From NCBI GenBank assembly GCA_026989535.1, contig JALSJD010000102.1, positions 2,868 through 66,867 of the forward strand: a DNA stretch of 64,000 nt. The letters are read 5' to 3'. The notes under the pieces are model-generated. The model made no database searches, was not told the DNA's origin, and saw only the letters and a program-made list of their open reading frames with translations. The position numbers were made by a program, and so were the translations under genes. This document shows, one piece after another, positions 9,853 through 21,374 of this stretch (position 1 is its first letter; each line of letters opens with the position of its first letter). The DNA is from Cyclobacteriaceae bacterium (GTDB lineage Bacteria; Bacteroidota; Bacteroidia; Cytophagales; Cyclobacteriaceae).

Positions 9853-11409
9853 TTACAATGGTATGTTTCCGTGTTTTTTTCTTGGCAATGTATCTACTTT
9901 GTTTTCGAGCATTTCAAAGGCTGTTATTAGTTTTTTACGAGTTTGCTCGGGCAAAATAATTTCATCTACATAGCCTCTTTCAGTAGCTGAATATGGGTTC
10001 GCAAACTTCTCGCTGTATTCCTCTACCTTTTCTTGAAGCTTAGCTTCTTTATCCTCTGCTTCGGCTATTTCTTTTCTAAAAATAATTTCCGCAGCCCCTT
10101 TTGCCCCCATTACAGCCACTTCGGCTGTAGGCCAGGCATAATTCATATCTGCGCCAATATGTTTCGAATTCATTACATCATAAGCTCCACCATACGCCTT
10201 TCTGGTAATTACAGTTATTCTTGGCACCGTTGCTTCGCTAAAAGCATATAATAATTTGGCCCCATTTAAAATAATGCCGTTCCATTCTTGATCTGTACCC
10301 GGCAAAAATCCTGGCACATCTTCAAGCACAAGTAATGGAATATTAAAACAATCGCAAAACCGCACAAACCGTGCGCCCTTTTTACTCGAATTATTACCCA
10401 GCACACCTGCAAACGACTGAGGCTGATTGGCCACAATACCAATGCTGCGGCCCGCCAATCTGGCAAACCCAACCACTATGCTTTCTGCGTAATTTTTATG
10501 TACTTCAAAAAAACTATCTTTATCAATAATGCCATTAATAACGGCTCGCATATCATAAGGCTGATTGGGGTTATCGGGTACAATCTCATTAAGTCCTGTT
10601 CTTAATTCATCCCCCATATCGTACGGAAGCAATGGTACTTCGTCTTCACAATTTTGAGGAATATAACTAAGCAGTTTTTTAATATGATTAATGGCTTCTA
10701 CCTCATTAGCACAAGAAAAATGCGTAACTCCGCTCTTGGTGCTATGGGTGCTGGCACCTCCTAATTCTTCGGCTGTTACATCTTCTTGTGTAACCGTTTT
10801 AACCACATTGGGGCCTGTTACAAACATATAAGAAGTGTTTTCTACCATTAGCGTAAAATCTGTAATGGCAGGAGAATATACCGCTCCGCCTGCACAAGGC
10901 CCCATAATGGCAGATATTTGAGGTATCACTCCCGAAGCTCTTGTGTTTCTATAAAAAATATCAGCATAGCCACCTAATGAGACTACCCCTTCTTGGATAC
11001 GTGCTCCACCCGAATCATTAAGCCCAATAACAGGTGCTCCATTTTTCATTGCCAAATCCATAATGCGTACAATTTTTTCGGCATAGGCTTCAGAGAGCGA
11101 CCCTCCAAAAACCGTAAAATCTTGCGAAAAAAGATAAATTAACCGCCCATTTACTTTACCATAACCGGTAACTACTCCATCACCTAAAAATTTTTGTTTA
11201 TCCAAGCCAAAAGCTGTGCTTCGGTGTAAAACCAACTTGCCAAGTTCTTCAAAACTCCCTTCATCCAGCAGTAGAGCAATACGCTCTCTTGCCGTTAGTT
11301 TACCTTTTTTATGCTGGCTTTCTATTCTTTTTTTACCTCCACCTAATTCAGCTTCTTTATTAAGTTCTTCTAGTTTTCGTAATTTATCTTCTCTTGACTG
11401 ATAGCTCAT
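9853..11409 (-). CDS. Acyl-CoA carboxylase carboxyltransferase (beta) subunit, propionyl-CoA/methylmalonyl-CoA type
   Basis: Typical motifs [30 protein letters not shown] and [13 protein letters not shown]. The ORF track begins at 11517, but the conserved N-terminus starts at [10 protein letters not shown] (ATG 11409), which has a -7 box upstream. Confidence 0.85.
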   Translation of the reverse strand: MSYQSREDKLRKLEELNKEAELGGGKKRIESQHKKGKLTARERIALLLDEGSFEELGKLVLHRSTAFGLDKQKFLGDGVVTGYGKVNGRLIYLFSQDFTVFGGSLSEAYAEKIVRIMDLAMKNGAPVIGLNDSGGARIQEGVVSLGGYADIFYRNTRASGVIPQISAIMGPCAGGAVYSPAITDFTLMVENTSYMFVTGPNVVKTVTQEDVTAEELGGASTHSTKSGVTHFSCANEVEAINHIKKLLSYIPQNCEDEVPLLPYDMGDELRTGLNEIVPDNPNQPYDMRAVINGIIDKDSFFEVHKNYAESIVVGFARLAGRSIGIVANQPQSFAGVLGNNSSKKGARFVRFCDCFNIPLLVLEDVPGFLPGTDQEWNGIILNGAKLLYAFSEATVPRITVITRKAYGGAYDVMNSKHIGADMNYAWPTAEVAVMGAKGAAEIIFRKEIAEAEDKEAKLQEKVEEYSEKFANPYSATERGYVDEIILPEQTRKKLITAFEMLENKVDTLPRKKHGNIPL

Positions 11410-11429
11410 AAAAGTATTTTTTATTGGCT

Positions 11430-11437
11430 CAAATATA
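11430..11437 (-). promoter_or_regulatory. Candidate -7 box (TATATTTG on minus strand)
   Basis: About 21 nt upstream of ATG 11409. Confidence 0.4.
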
Positions 11438-11544
11438 GGCATAAATGCAGTTGTGCAATACCTCGATTTTAAGAATCTACATGAATAATGTGGGTTAAGG
11501 TTATAAAAGACCGACAATTACTAAGGTGACTAAAAGAAGTTTTT

Positions 11545-11552
11545 TAACTTTG
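11545..11552 (+). promoter_or_regulatory. Candidate -7 box (TAACTTTG)
   Basis: 17 nt upstream of ATG 11569. Confidence 0.4.
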
Positions 11553-11568
11553 TTGAAATTTTTTTGAT

Positions 11569-12636
11569 ATGTATTCATTTGAAAAAGTAAGAGACTTTAC
11601 CAACGAAGTTTTTTTAAAAATAGGATGCTCTTCAGCAGATGCAGAGCTTGCCACCAAAGTACTTGTTTCTGCCGATTTAAGAGGAATAGATTCTCACGGA
11701 GTTGCCCGGCTTATTGGTTACATTCGACTTTGGGAAGCCGATAGAATTAACCCTACACCCAATGTAAAGCTTGTGCACGAAACACCTAGTACAGGAGTAG
11801 TTGATGGCGATGCAGGGCTTGGGCTAGTTGTTGCCCCCAAAGCAATGGCTATTGTAATAGAAAAAGCTAAAAACGTTGGTTCTGGTTGGATTTCAATTAA
11901 AAACTCAAACCACTACGGCATTGCAGGCTACCATGCCATGATGGCGTTGGAACACGATATGGTGGGTATGTCAATGACCAATGCTAGTCCTTTGGTTTCT
12001 CCTACTTTTTCGACCGAACGAATGCTGGGTACCAACCCCATTGCAGTGGCCATACCTGCAGACAAACAGCCTCCTTTTGTGGCTGATTTTGCCACCACCA
12101 CAGCAGCCAATGGAAAGTTAGAGATATTACAACGCAAGAGCGAAGAAGCTCCTATTGGCTGGATTCAAGATAAAGAAGGGCATAGCTCTACCAATCCGCA
12201 TGAACTTAAAGAAGGAGGTGCTTTATTGCCTTTAGGAGGAGATAGAGACCATGGAAGCCATAAAGGTTTTTGCCTAGGCTCTATTGTTGATATATTTTCA
12301 GGAGTATTTTCAGGTGCTAACTATGGCCCTTGGGTGCCCCCTTTTGTAAGCTTTTTACCTATGCCCGAAAATCCTGTGGGTGATGGCATTGGTCATTTTT
12401 TAGGCGCTATGCGCATTGATGGCTTTAGACCTGCCGCTGAGTTTAAAGCCAATATGGATACTTGGATAGAAAGATTCCGAAATGCTAAAAGCACCAAGGG
12501 CATGCCAAATGTAGTTATCCCGGGCGACCCAGAACGCGATTTTGAAGCTGAACGGTTAGTAAATGGAATTCCTTTAAACGAAAAAGTTGTGCTCGATTTA
12601 CAAGAGGTAGGCAAAAAGTTTGGCTTAGGCTTTTAA
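11569..12636 (+). CDS. Ldh_2-family (malate/L-lactate/sulfolactate dehydrogenase-like) oxidoreductase
   Basis: LRGIDSHGV, NSNHYGIAGY, GTNPIA and HKGF motifs. Confidence 0.8.
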   Translation: MYSFEKVRDFTNEVFLKIGCSSADAELATKVLVSADLRGIDSHGVARLIGYIRLWEADRINPTPNVKLVHETPSTGVVDGDAGLGLVVAPKAMAIVIEKAKNVGSGWISIKNSNHYGIAGYHAMMALEHDMVGMSMTNASPLVSPTFSTERMLGTNPIAVAIPADKQPPFVADFATTTAANGKLEILQRKSEEAPIGWIQDKEGHSSTNPHELKEGGALLPLGGDRDHGSHKGFCLGSIVDIFSGVFSGANYGPWVPPFVSFLPMPENPVGDGIGHFLGAMRIDGFRPAAEFKANMDTWIERFRNAKSTKGMPNVVIPGDPERDFEAERLVNGIPLNEKVVLDLQEVGKKFGLGF

Positions 12637-12834
12637 TTTTTAGTGCTCGCCTAACATAGGAATAGGAGTGGAGAGGTTTTTATAACCCGACACTGGTCTT
12701 AGGTCTCGCTGAGACCAATTCATTTTCATTACTCTTTTTATGTGCGCTGGTAAGCGCAAGAGATTACCGGGTTTTACACCCGGTAATGACGAAAAAAAAG
12801 CTCAAGTGCAAATTAAACTGAGCATTTGTAAAAC

Positions 12835-13356
12835 TTAAAGGGCAACAAAAAAGCTAATAACCCAGGGAGAGTCGTAGTATTGCCTGGCATCGTGCAACAT
12901 ATCGTAAGCTGCAATTACATTAAATGAAGAACGAGGTCCCACTCGTTGCGAAAAGCCTAGCCCTATTGGCAACCTGTCAATAGTAATTCGATTTACCCCA
13001 TCACGGTAATCTATTTGATTGATAAAAGAATATTCAGCATACCCAAAAACTTGTTTAAAGAGATTCATTCGGGCAAAAAGCAGTCCTCCATATTGGTTAT
13101 CTGTAAAATTATTAAATTTAAAATATTGGTAAGTAGCTCCAACGCCTACAGAAAACCTACTGGAAACCATGTAGCCAACTATTGGAGAAACCGTTATTAC
13201 TGTACTGTTTGAACCACCAGATAAACCAAAACCTCCCCCAAAATACACTCTATCCATAAGATTACTCTTCTCATCAATTACATAATCGCCTTTTTGCGCA
13301 AATAAATTAATAGAACCAAGTACTATGAGGGTTAAGATAATGCCAATTTTTTTCAT
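12835..13356 (-). CDS. Putative small outer-membrane beta-barrel protein
   Basis: Signal peptide MKKIGIILTLIVLGSINLFAQ and alternating hydrophobic beta-strand pattern; no specific family recognised. Confidence 0.45.
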   Translation of the reverse strand: MKKIGIILTLIVLGSINLFAQKGDYVIDEKSNLMDRVYFGGGFGLSGGSNSTVITVSPIVGYMVSSRFSVGVGATYQYFKFNNFTDNQYGGLLFARMNLFKQVFGYAEYSFINQIDYRDGVNRITIDRLPIGLGFSQRVGPRSSFNVIAAYDMLHDARQYYDSPWVISFFVAL

Positions 13357-13357
13357 A

Positions 13358-13654
13358 TTATTCTTCTGCTGTCTCCACTACAACGTATAAATCTTCCGTT
13401 GGTTTTTTCATTAAGTACTTTTCCCGAGCAAATTTTTCTAAAAGATTAGGATTGCTTAACAGTTCCTCTCGATCCTCTTTCACTTCTTCAATTTTCTCTA
13501 AATAATAGGCTTTATCGGCATTTAAGTTATCTAATTTACGTGCCAAGCTATACTGACTATATAGGTCGTTGCTATCAAAAAATGTAATCCAGATTAGGAA
13601 GAAAGCCCCCACCATTAGGTAGTAATTTTTAATAATTTTTTTAATCGACTCCAT
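13358..13654 (-). CDS. ftsB: Septum formation initiator (FtsB/DivIC family)
   Basis: 98 aa with one TM helix followed by a coiled coil (LNADKAYYLEKIEEVKEDREELLSNPNLLEKFAREKY). Confidence 0.7.
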   Translation of the reverse strand: MESIKKIIKNYYLMVGAFFLIWITFFDSNDLYSQYSLARKLDNLNADKAYYLEKIEEVKEDREELLSNPNLLEKFAREKYLMKKPTEDLYVVVETAEE

Positions 13655-13685
13655 TCTGATTCGTAATTATTTATCAAATAAAGCG

Positions 13686-13714
13686 AAAAAAAGCCTCAAT
13701 TAGGTAATTGAGGT
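13686..13714 (-). terminator. Rho-independent terminator (minus strand)
   Basis: CCTCAATT-acct-AATTGAGG stem followed by a T7 run on the minus strand, just upstream of ftsB. Confidence 0.6.
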
Positions 13715-13734
13715 TTAAAACTTTTCAATACTAA

Positions 13735-13986
13735 CCGTCATCGTGAGCCCGGAATCCCCTTAATTAAAAGTTTTAGTACTAAACAATTAGGAGACTCTTC
13801 GGGCTGTAGCCCTCTGAGTGACGTACACTCTTTTTCGAACCGTCATTCAGAAGGAGGAACGACTGAAAAATCTCTTTAAAATGGAGACCCCGCAACGGAT
13901 GCGAGGAATCGTGCTTTTTATGTACTTTGCCGGACTTGTTCCGGCATCCCCTCTTTGAAATTCTTTACTCTGCCAATGGTAGCGCA
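13735..13986. repeat. Family-C intergenic repeat, copy C1 (full unit)
   Basis: Collinear with 14312-14571 (CCGTCATyGTGAGCCCGGAATCCCCTTAATTAAAAGTTTTAGTACTA...CGTCATTCAGAAGGAGGAACGACTGAA...CCAATGGTAGCGCA). Confidence 0.8.
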
Positions 13987-14105
13987 CCCCCTTAATTAAA
14001 AGTCTTAGTACTACACAATTAGGAGACTCTTCGGGCTGTAGCCGGCTGAGTGACGTGTACTCTTTTTTGAACCGTCATTCAGAAGGAGGAACGACTGAAG
14101 AATCT
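13987..14105. repeat. Family-C repeat, copy C2 (partial, tandem to C1)
   Basis: CCCCTTAATTAAAAGTCTTAGTACTACACAATTAGGAGACTCTTCGGGCTGTAGCCGGCTGAGTGACGTGTACTC...GAACGACTGAAGAATCT. Nearly identical to the central part of C3. Confidence 0.8.
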
Positions 14106-14217
14106 GCGCAGGCAGGAATCCGCCCTGTAGGATGTTACAACTAATAAAGACTGATTAAAATTTATTATAGCCATAATGTTAATCTCTTTCCATATCTACA
14201 GATTCCTGCCTGCGCAG
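14104..14217. repeat. Mini-element bounded by a perfect 17-nt inverted repeat
   Basis: CTGCGCAGGCAGGAATC at 14104-14120 and its exact reverse complement GATTCCTGCCTGCGCAG at 14201-14217, flanking 80 nt of AT-rich DNA. It interrupts the family-C array. Confidence 0.6.
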
Positions 14218-14311
14218 GAATGACGATTTCTATTTTGCTTTTCTTTTTAATAATAGGTTAGGGGCTTGCAAAAAATGGTTTAAACTAAAACGACAAAATG
14301 TTATACACCCA

Positions 14312-14571
14312 CCGTCATTGTGAGCCCGGAATCCCCTTAATTAAAAGTTTTAGTACTACACAATTAGGAGACTCTTCGGGCTGTAGCCGGCTGAGTGACG
14401 TGTACTCTTTTTCGAATCGTCATTCAGAAGGAGGAACGACTGAAGAATCTCTTTAAAATGGAGACCCCGCAATGGATGCGTGGTCTCCATTTTTATACAC
14501 TTTGCCAGTCAGTCAGCTGGCTGATCCGGCATTCCCCTTTTGAAATTCTTTACTTTGCCAATGGTAGCGCA
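14312..14571. repeat. Family-C intergenic repeat, copy C3 (full unit)
   Basis: See C1. It contains a perfect 12-bp hairpin AAAATGGAGACC...GGTCTCCATTTT (14455-14493) that could terminate eno. Confidence 0.8.
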
Positions 14572-14618
14572 TCGAAGTAATCTATTATAGACGCTTTATT
14601 CGTTCCTCGTTTATAACA

Positions 14619-15917
<1,299 letters not shown>

Positions 15918-17009
15918 TTATTTTGTTATTAATTTTATAAAATCATCAAATAGATATTCTGAATCATGGGGGCCGGGAGAAGATTCCGGGTGATATTGAA
16001 CTGAAAATATTTTCTTCCCATTTATTTCAATACCCTCTACGGTATCATCATTAAGGTTGATATGTGTTTTAGTTACTTTCGAAGATTTCTCTACATCCTC
16101 AGCAGAAATAGAAAATCCATGGTTTTGTGAAGTAATTTCGCTCTTACCGCTTTTTAAATTTTTAACTGGATGATTTAGACCTCTATGCCCGTGGTGCATT
16201 TTATAGGTACCTATACCAAAGGAACGTGCAATTAATTGATGGCCTAAGCAAATCCCAAAAAGAGGTTTTTCTATGTTCACAATTTCTTTTACTGTAGTTA
16301 CCGCATAATCCATGGCAGCGGGGTCGCCAGGGCCATTGGATAAAAATATGCCTGCTGGATTCCACTCCATTACTTCTTTTAATGAGGTTTTGGCTGGGAA
16401 CACTTTTAACTCACATCCACGTTGTACAAAGTTTTGCAAAATGCTGCGTTTAACTCCAAAATCAAGCACGGCAATTTTAGTTTTATTACCTGCACCTAGT
16501 ATATATGGCTTAGTGGTAGATACTTTAGAGGCAAGTTCTAATCCATCCATCTGAGGAAGTTTTTTTATTTCCTCTTTTAGATTTTCTTCGGGCAACTCCG
16601 AAGTAATAATTACATTCATAGCCCCTTTATCCCTAATATGGCGTACGAGAGATCGCGTATCAACATCGGCAATGCCAACTACGCCATGCTTTTCAAGATA
16701 AGCTTGCAAGGTTTCTGACCCCATTCGGCTATTATGTTCTGAGAAGTCATTCACTATTAACCCACTAATTTTGGGAGCATCAGATTCATTTTCTTGATCA
16801 ACAGTGCCATAATTACCAATATGCGCATTGGTGTTTATAACCACTTGTCCATAATATGATGGGTCGGTATATACTTCTTGGTATCCTGTCATTCCTGTAT
16901 TAAAGCATATTTCACCCCCTGAGGTGCCAATTTTTCCAATGGCGGTTCCTTCCATTTTAAATCCGTCTTCGAGCAGTAAATAGGCTTTTGTTTTGGTAGG
17001 TGTATTCAT
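15918..17009 (-). CDS. carA: Carbamoyl-phosphate synthase small (glutaminase) subunit
   Basis: GICLGHQ, HHGHRG.NHPV and QYHPE motifs. Start is at 17009 (MNTPTKT...) or 17030; a -7 box at 17028-17035 favours 17009. Confidence 0.9.
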   Translation of the reverse strand: MNTPTKTKAYLLLEDGFKMEGTAIGKIGTSGGEICFNTGMTGYQEVYTDPSYYGQVVINTNAHIGNYGTVDQENESDAPKISGLIVNDFSEHNSRMGSETLQAYLEKHGVVGIADVDTRSLVRHIRDKGAMNVIITSELPEENLKEEIKKLPQMDGLELASKVSTTKPYILGAGNKTKIAVLDFGVKRSILQNFVQRGCELKVFPAKTSLKEVMEWNPAGIFLSNGPGDPAAMDYAVTTVKEIVNIEKPLFGICLGHQLIARSFGIGTYKMHHGHRGLNHPVKNLKSGKSEITSQNHGFSISAEDVEKSSKVTKTHINLNDDTVEGIEINGKKIFSVQYHPESSPGPHDSEYLFDDFIKLITK

Positions 17010-17027
17010 AGTTTCATTAGGTTGGCA

Positions 17028-17035
17028 CAAAAATA
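17028..17035 (-). promoter_or_regulatory. Candidate -7 box (TATTTTTG on minus strand)
   Basis: Lies upstream of carA ATG 17009 and overlaps the T-tail of the rplQ terminator. Confidence 0.35.
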
Positions 17036-17065
17036 AAAAAAGGGATTAGATAAAAATCTAATCCC
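17034..17065 (-). terminator. Rho-independent terminator after rplQ
   Basis: GGGATTAGA-tttta-TCTAATCCC perfect 9-bp stem followed by T7 on the minus strand. Confidence 0.75.
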
Positions 17066-17088
17066 TTCAATTTCCTTTCAGAAAAAAG

Positions 17089-17739
17089 TTATTTTTTATC
17101 CTCTTCTTCAGATGTATCTGCTCCATCAGAAGCATTTTCTTCTTTTGTAGATTCTTCTTTTGTTTCAGCTTTAGGGGCTTCCTTCACTTCTGCCTTGCCA
17201 GCAGGCAGGTCTTCTACCACTTCAGCATCTTCAATTACTTCGTCCGCTTTTGCTTCTACTTTCTGCTTATCGTCTGTAGCCTTGGTTGTTGCACTCGCAT
17301 CCTCTGTTTTCTTAGCTGCTCCCCCTCTTCTACTTCTACGTGTTTTAGGTTTTGCTTCAGATGCTTCTTTCTGCATTAACTCATTATAATCAACAAGCTC
17401 GATAATACACATTTCGGCATTATCACCTGCACGATTACCTGTTTTAAGGATTCGGGTGTAACCTCCAGGACGAGTCGCTATTTTTTCAGCTACCTCGTTA
17501 AAAAGCTCAGAAACAGATTCTTTATTTTGCAAATAGGAGAACACAACTCTTCGAGAATGTGTATCGTCTGTTTTCGATTTAGTTAATAAAGGCTCCACAT
17601 ATTTTCTCAATGCTTTTGCTTTAGCCACTGTAGTCGAAATTCTTTTGCTAAGAATTAAAGACGAAGCCATATTTGAAAGCATGGCAGCTCTATGCGATTT
17701 TGTTCTGCTTAAGTGATTAAATTTCTTACCGTGTCTCAT
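17089..17739 (-). CDS. rplQ: 50S ribosomal protein L17 with a roughly 95-aa charged C-terminal extension
   Basis: [25 protein letters not shown]... core, then a K/E/A/D-rich tail. Confidence 0.95.
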   Translation of the reverse strand: MRHGKKFNHLSRTKSHRAAMLSNMASSLILSKRISTTVAKAKALRKYVEPLLTKSKTDDTHSRRVVFSYLQNKESVSELFNEVAEKIATRPGGYTRILKTGNRAGDNAEMCIIELVDYNELMQKEASEAKPKTRRSRRGGAAKKTEDASATTKATDDKQKVEAKADEVIEDAEVVEDLPAGKAEVKEAPKAETKEESTKEENASDGADTSEEEDKK

Positions 17740-17745
17740 CTTATC

Positions 17746-18735
17746 TTAGTCCTCCTCAAGTTTATATTTTGCAAGATCCATTCCAAACGTTAGGTTCTTA
17801 TCAACTACTAGCTGCTCTAATTCAGCTAATGATTTCTTACCGAAGTTTCTAAACTTCATCATATCAGAAATCTCTAAACTTACTAAATCTCCTAATGAAC
17901 GCACATCTGCTGCTTTTAAACAGTTATAGGCACGTACCGATAAATCCATATCGTGAAGTGAAGTTTTGAGCAGTTTTCTCATGTGTAATAATTCTTCATC
18001 TACTGCATCTGGTTCACCAGATTCTGCTGATTCTAAGATCATATTTTGATCAGAGAATAGCATAAAATGCTGAATTAGAATTTTAGCTGCACCTTTCAAT
18101 GCATCTTCTGGGTGAATAGAACCATCCGTTTCGATGTCAAGAATTAACATCTCATAATCTGTTTTCTGCTCTACCCTTGTGTTTTCAACATTGTATTTTA
18201 CATTTTTAATAGGTGTAAAAATCGAATCGATGGGAATGTAACCGAATACTTGTTCTGTAGGCTTGTTTTCCTCTGCAGGCAAGTACCCTCTCCCTTTTTC
18301 GATAGTTAGCTCAATTTCTAAATCAGATTTCTCATCTAAATGACAGATGACATGGGCTGGATTTAAGATTTCGAACCCTGTTGTAAACTTGGCAATATCG
18401 CCCGCTGTTAATACCTTCTTATTTTTAAGGTTAACAGCAATTTTATTGTCATAAGTATCAGCAATCTTCTTAAATCGAACCATTTTTAAGTTCAAAATAA
18501 TCTCTGAAACATCTTCTACAACGCCTTCGATGGTAGAAAATTCATGCAAAACATTAGGAACTTTAATTCCGGTAATTGCATAACCCTCTAACGAAGAAAG
18601 TAATATTCTTCGAAGCGCATTACCGATGGTTACACCATATCCCTTTTCAAGAGGTTTAAAAGTAAAAAGGCCATGAAAGTCATCTGCCTTTTCCATGGCA
18701 ACTTTTTCTGGCATTTGAAACGCTAATATCGACAT
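17746..18735 (-). CDS. rpoA: DNA-directed RNA polymerase alpha subunit
   Basis: 329 aa with [11 protein letters not shown] and a C-terminal domain containing SVRAYNCLK. Confidence 0.97.
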   Translation of the reverse strand: MSILAFQMPEKVAMEKADDFHGLFTFKPLEKGYGVTIGNALRRILLSSLEGYAITGIKVPNVLHEFSTIEGVVEDVSEIILNLKMVRFKKIADTYDNKIAVNLKNKKVLTAGDIAKFTTGFEILNPAHVICHLDEKSDLEIELTIEKGRGYLPAEENKPTEQVFGYIPIDSIFTPIKNVKYNVENTRVEQKTDYEMLILDIETDGSIHPEDALKGAAKILIQHFMLFSDQNMILESAESGEPDAVDEELLHMRKLLKTSLHDMDLSVRAYNCLKAADVRSLGDLVSLEISDMMKFRNFGKKSLAELEQLVVDKNLTFGMDLAKYKLEED

Positions 18736-18799
18736 AGTTTTTTAGTTAATAGTTCAGGCAATTGCTCTTGCGAACAATTGCCATGAAATAAGTTTAATA

Positions 18800-19405
18800 T
18801 TATTTAGAGTAAAGTTCAACGATTAGTTGCTCCTGAATATTTTCAGGAATATCCTCACGAATTGGTAAAGATATTAATTTACCTTTTAATTCAGAAGGTG
18901 TCCAATCTAACCAAGGGAATCTCTTAGTTGAAGTAGCTGATACACTGCTAGTTACTACTTCTAATGACTTAGATTTTTCTCGTACTTCAATCTCATCCCC
19001 AATTTTTACTGCAAAAGAAGGAATGTTAACAATTTGTCCGTTTACAGTAATATGCTTGTGCAATACAAACTGACGAGCTGCTCTACGAGTAGGAGCAATT
19101 CCTAATCTAAATACAGTGTTGTCAAGTCTGGTTTCTAATAATTGCAAAAGAATTTCTCCGGTAATACCCATTTTACGCGAAGCTTTATCAAACAAATTAG
19201 AGAACTGCTTTTCTAATACACCATAGGTGTATTTCGCTTTTTGCTTCTCCATTAACTGAACAGCATATTCAGATTGTTTTTTTCTTCTACCTCTACCGTG
19301 TTGTCCGGGAGGGTATGCTTTTTTTGTAAGTGCCTTGCTTGGTCCAAAAATTGGTTCGTTAAATCTTCGAGCAATTTTTGTTTTAGGACCTCTATATCTT
19401 GCCAT
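18800..19405 (-). CDS. rpsD: 30S ribosomal protein S4
   Basis: [15 protein letters not shown]... Confidence 0.97.
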   Translation of the reverse strand: MARYRGPKTKIARRFNEPIFGPSKALTKKAYPPGQHGRGRRKKQSEYAVQLMEKQKAKYTYGVLEKQFSNLFDKASRKMGITGEILLQLLETRLDNTVFRLGIAPTRRAARQFVLHKHITVNGQIVNIPSFAVKIGDEIEVREKSKSLEVVTSSVSATSTKRFPWLDWTPSELKGKLISLPIREDIPENIQEQLIVELYSK

Positions 19406-19431
19406 TATTTACTAATCTTAATAGTCTAAAA

Positions 19432-19824
19432 TTATACTCTTCGTCTTTTTGGAGGACGACATCCATTATGAGGAAGAGGTGTAACATCCTTGATGGCTGT
19501 TACTTCAATGCCTACATTTTGTATCGTTCGAATTGCTGATTCACGGCCTGCACCAGGCCCTTTCACATACACATCTACTTTACGTAATCCTAAATCATAC
19601 GCTTTTTGAGCGCAGTCGCCAGCCGCTATCTGAGCTGCATAAGGAGTGTTCTTTTTAGAACCTTTAAAGCCCATTTTACCAGCAGATGCCCACGATATTA
19701 CCTGACCGTTTGTATTGGTCATGGAAATAATAATGTTGTTAAAAGAAGCTTTAATATGGGCTTGCCCCAATGCTTCTACATTAACTACTCGTTTCTTACC
19801 TTTATCTTTTCGCTTTTGTGCCAT
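19432..19824 (-). CDS. rpsK: 30S ribosomal protein S11
   Basis: [17 protein letters not shown]; [13 protein letters not shown] end. Confidence 0.97.
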   Translation of the reverse strand: MAQKRKDKGKKRVVNVEALGQAHIKASFNNIIISMTNTNGQVISWASAGKMGFKGSKKNTPYAAQIAAGDCAQKAYDLGLRKVDVYVKGPGAGRESAIRTIQNVGIEVTAIKDVTPLPHNGCRPPKRRRV

Positions 19825-19835
19825 ATCACTTATGC

Positions 19836-20213
19836 TTATTTAGCAGCTTTCTTTTTATTAGCAACTGTTTTTCTCTTACCTTTTCTGGTTCTGGCATTAT
19901 TTTTTGTATGCTGCCCACGAACCGGTAACCCTCTACGATGTCGAAGGCCTCTGTAGCAACCAATATCCAATAAACGTTTAATGTTTAATTGAATAGATGA
20001 TTTTAGTACACCTTCTACCTTATAGGTTTCACTAATAATGTTACGTACACTATTGGCTTCTTCTTCAGTCCAATCTTGAACTTTCTTGTCCCATTCAACT
20101 CCTGCTTCCGTAAGGATTTTTTGAGCTGAACTTCTACCAAGTCCAAAAATATACGTTAAGGCAATTTCGCCTCTTTTCTGTTGTGGAATATCTACTCCTG
20201 CAATTCTTGCCAT
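19836..20213 (-). CDS. rpsM: 30S ribosomal protein S13
   Basis: [10 protein letters not shown]... Confidence 0.97.
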   Translation of the reverse strand: MARIAGVDIPQQKRGEIALTYIFGLGRSSAQKILTEAGVEWDKKVQDWTEEEANSVRNIISETYKVEGVLKSSIQLNIKRLLDIGCYRGLRHRRGLPVRGQHTKNNARTRKGKRKTVANKKKAAK

Positions 20214-20218
20214 AACAA

Positions 20219-20335
20219 TTATCCTTGACGTTGTTTGAATTTGGGATTCTTTTTGTTGATTACATAAACCTTTCCGTTTCTACGGATGATTTTGCAATCA
20301 GCGCTTCTTTTTTTTACAGATGCTCTTACTTTCAT
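20219..20335 (-). CDS. rpmJ: 50S ribosomal protein L36
   Basis: Not in the ORF track. My translation is [38 protein letters not shown]. Confidence 0.9.
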   Translation of the reverse strand: MKVRASVKKRSADCKIIRRNGKVYVINKKNPKFKQRQG

Positions 20336-20371
20336 CGTACTTTTATTTTATTCGGTTTAACCTAAACCCAA

Positions 20372-20590
20372 TTATTTATATCTATAAACTATTCTACCTT
20401 TAGTTAAATCATAAGGAGACATTTCAAGCTTTACTTTATCTCCTGGCAAAATTTTAATATAGTGCATGCGCATCTTTCCGGATATGTGGGCAATAACCAC
20501 GTGTCCGTTTTCAAGTTCTACTCTAAACATTGCGTTTGACAATGCTTCTAAAATAGTTCCGTCTTGCTCTATCGATGCTTGTTTAGCCAT
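20372..20590 (-). CDS. infA: Translation initiation factor IF-1
   Basis: 72 aa, [29 protein letters not shown]. Confidence 0.97.
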   Translation of the reverse strand: MAKQASIEQDGTILEALSNAMFRVELENGHVVIAHISGKMRMHYIKILPGDKVKLEMSPYDLTKGRIVYRYK

Positions 20591-20591
20591 A

Positions 20592-21365
20592 TTATAATTT
20601 ATATACTTCTTCTATGTATTTATGTGTTGTTAGCACTTCAACTCCTTGTTTAGTAATGGCCACCGTATGTTCATAATGTGCTGATGGTGCTCTATCCTTT
20701 GTTCGAATAGTCCAACCGTCATTTTCTTGAACGATGTCCTTTTTACCAAGATTAATCATAGGCTCAATGGCAATTACCATCCCTTCTTTCAGTTTTGCTC
20801 CTCGTCCTCTTTTACCATAATTAGGTACTTCAGGGCTTTCGTGCAATTCTTTTCCTACACCGTGGCCTACCAACTCTCTCACTACTGTGTACCCGTGGCC
20901 TTCAACAAAATGCTGAATGGCAAACCCGATATCTCCAGTTCTATTGCCAACAACTGCCTTTTCAATTCCTTTATAAAGCGACTCTTTTGTTACTTTAAGT
21001 AATTCTAATACTTCTTTCTTTACGTTACCCACTGCATAAGTGTAAGCCGAGTCGCTATGAAATCCTTTGTAGAAAACACCGCAATCTATACTTAACACAT
21101 CTCCATCTTTTAACTCCTTACCGTTAGGAAACCCATGAACAACCTGCTCATTAGGACTTACACATAAGGTGTAAGGAAATCCGTTATAATCTTTAAATGA
21201 AGGAACGCCTCCATTATCTTTAATAAACTCTTCAGCTAGCTTATCCAGCTTGTTTGTGTTAATTCCTGGTTTTATTAACTTGGCTATTTCGCCATGTACT
21301 CTCCCAAGAATATCGGCACTTTCTTTTATAATCTCAATCTCCTCTCTGCTTTTATAATTTATCAT
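20592..21365 (-). CDS. map: Type I methionine aminopeptidase
   Basis: VHG.PN, DCG, GHG.G and IEPM motifs. Confidence 0.95.
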   Translation of the reverse strand: MINYKSREEIEIIKESADILGRVHGEIAKLIKPGINTNKLDKLAEEFIKDNGGVPSFKDYNGFPYTLCVSPNEQVVHGFPNGKELKDGDVLSIDCGVFYKGFHSDSAYTYAVGNVKKEVLELLKVTKESLYKGIEKAVVGNRTGDIGFAIQHFVEGHGYTVVRELVGHGVGKELHESPEVPNYGKRGRGAKLKEGMVIAIEPMINLGKKDIVQENDGWTIRTKDRAPSAHYEHTVAITKQGVEVLTTHKYIEEVYKL

Positions 21366-21374
21366 TATAAAAAA

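Noticed and set aside
9853-11517. Longer N-terminal extensions offered by the ORF track for the carboxyltransferase, rpsH, rpsC, rplC, rpoD and the ArsR regulator
   Set aside because: The extra residues precede well-conserved canonical N-termini, and in several cases they would overlap the upstream gene or cover a -7 promoter box. Internal ATGs were chosen instead.
12637-12834. Cluster of hairpins between the convergent Ldh_2 and OMP genes (GGTCTC..GAGACC, GCGC..GCGC, ATTACCGGG-ttttaca-CCCGGTAAT followed by GACG)
   Set aside because: They are probably ordinary REP-like or terminator hairpins of the CGTCATT-type family. None has a clear U-tail, and I could not show copies elsewhere in the window beyond the short GAATGACG/CGTCATTC motif, so it is not raised as a separate finding.
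13735-14571. Possible CRISPR array, considered because of the repeated units
   Set aside because: The units are 120-260 bp rather than 25-40 bp. They are partly tandem with no regular unique spacers, and no cas genes are nearby. ORF 14395..14580 inside the region is a repeat translation artefact.
19606-19956. 116-aa plus-strand ORF, and similar ones such as 15457..15993, 22573..22992, 24576..24881 and 26494..26751, antisense to ribosomal-protein, secY or eno genes
   Set aside because: They lie entirely opposite strongly conserved genes, have low-complexity or Cys/Phe/Leu-rich composition typical of antisense frames, and lack promoter-like boxes. I treat them as spurious.
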